Source: Eledone cirrhosa (Eukaryota). Taken from it: DNA of 64,000 nucleotides. Every line of letters starts with the position of its first letter. The stretch's first letter is position 1. Below are positions 63,501 through 64,000 of this stretch, in pieces. A model generated the notes under the pieces. That model had not been told where the DNA came from, did not search any database, and worked only from the letters and a program-made list of their open reading frames with translations. Made by a program: the position numbers and the translations under genes. The stretch is taken from positions 249,302,001 through 249,366,000 of the forward strand of contig OZ024740.1 in NCBI GenBank assembly GCA_964016885.1, given 5' to 3'.

Positions 63501-64000
63501 TCTCGTTTGCACTCCTATTTTCAAGACTTACCGCCCATGAATACTAGGAAACAAACTATTAAAGCTGCAGTCCCGAGGGATATTGCCTCGTGGACACATG
63601 TATTCGTCAGAAACGATGCGGTTACTCCACCCCTCACACAACCATACTCTGGACCCTACCGTGTGTTAGCACGTACTGACAAACATTTCACTGTAGACAT
63701 TAAGGGGTCCAGAGAGACAATTTCGGTGGATAGACTAAAAAGGGCATACAATGACGCTCATACACCCGAGCCACAACTACCCCAATCTTTCTCTCTTGTG
63801 CATACACCCGCTCCTTCTGCCCCACCTTCACCTACATACAAGACCACGACCCGTTCCGGTCGAAGAGTTCACTGGCCCAAAAAACTCTGTTTTCATGTGA
63901 ACTGGCCACTGGAGCCTCTTTTTTGTTTTTCTCTTTATTGTATTACCATGTACCTTTCGTTACCATTTCATGCCTGTACCTTCTCGTTACCAGTTCATGC
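60530..64000 (+). mobile_element. Second Ty3/Gypsy element (gag C-terminus + pol, frameshifted), runs off the window
   Basis: CWYHERF, GGGAAAC at 60767, LVDTGA, YIDD, VDAS, HIDIVGP, GPY; related to but distinct from the first element. Confidence 0.93.

Overview
Eukaryotic, AT-rich, repeat-dominated DNA. The (AT)n microsatellites, RTE LINEs and tRNA-derived SINEs resemble a cephalopod/mollusc genome (inference only). The window has three zones. (1) 1-21.3 kb and 43-52 kb are nested retroelement piles built on (AT)n tracts: RTE LINEs whose ORF carries a PHD-like Cys-rich finger, Penelope-like (RT + GIY-YIG) fragments, SINEs, and CR1 and RTE-X tails. (2) 21.4-43 kb is mostly unique intron-like DNA with DNA-transposon relics (piggyBac, hAT MITE, mariner), a few candidate exons and a possible divergent promoter near 36 kb. 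(3) 53.8-64 kb holds a young full-length Ty3/Gypsy element (705-bp LTRs, CATT TSD, tRNA-Trp PBS, GGGAAAC slippery site plus pseudoknot) and a second Gypsy. The main signal the ORF track does not show is about 16 minimal type-I hammerhead ribozyme motifs from roughly a dozen sequence families. Many lie in fold-back inverted repeats, and two families form ~420-bp and ~325-bp non-coding tandem monomers (retrozyme-like or Penelope pLTR-like). All calls were made by eye and no search was run.
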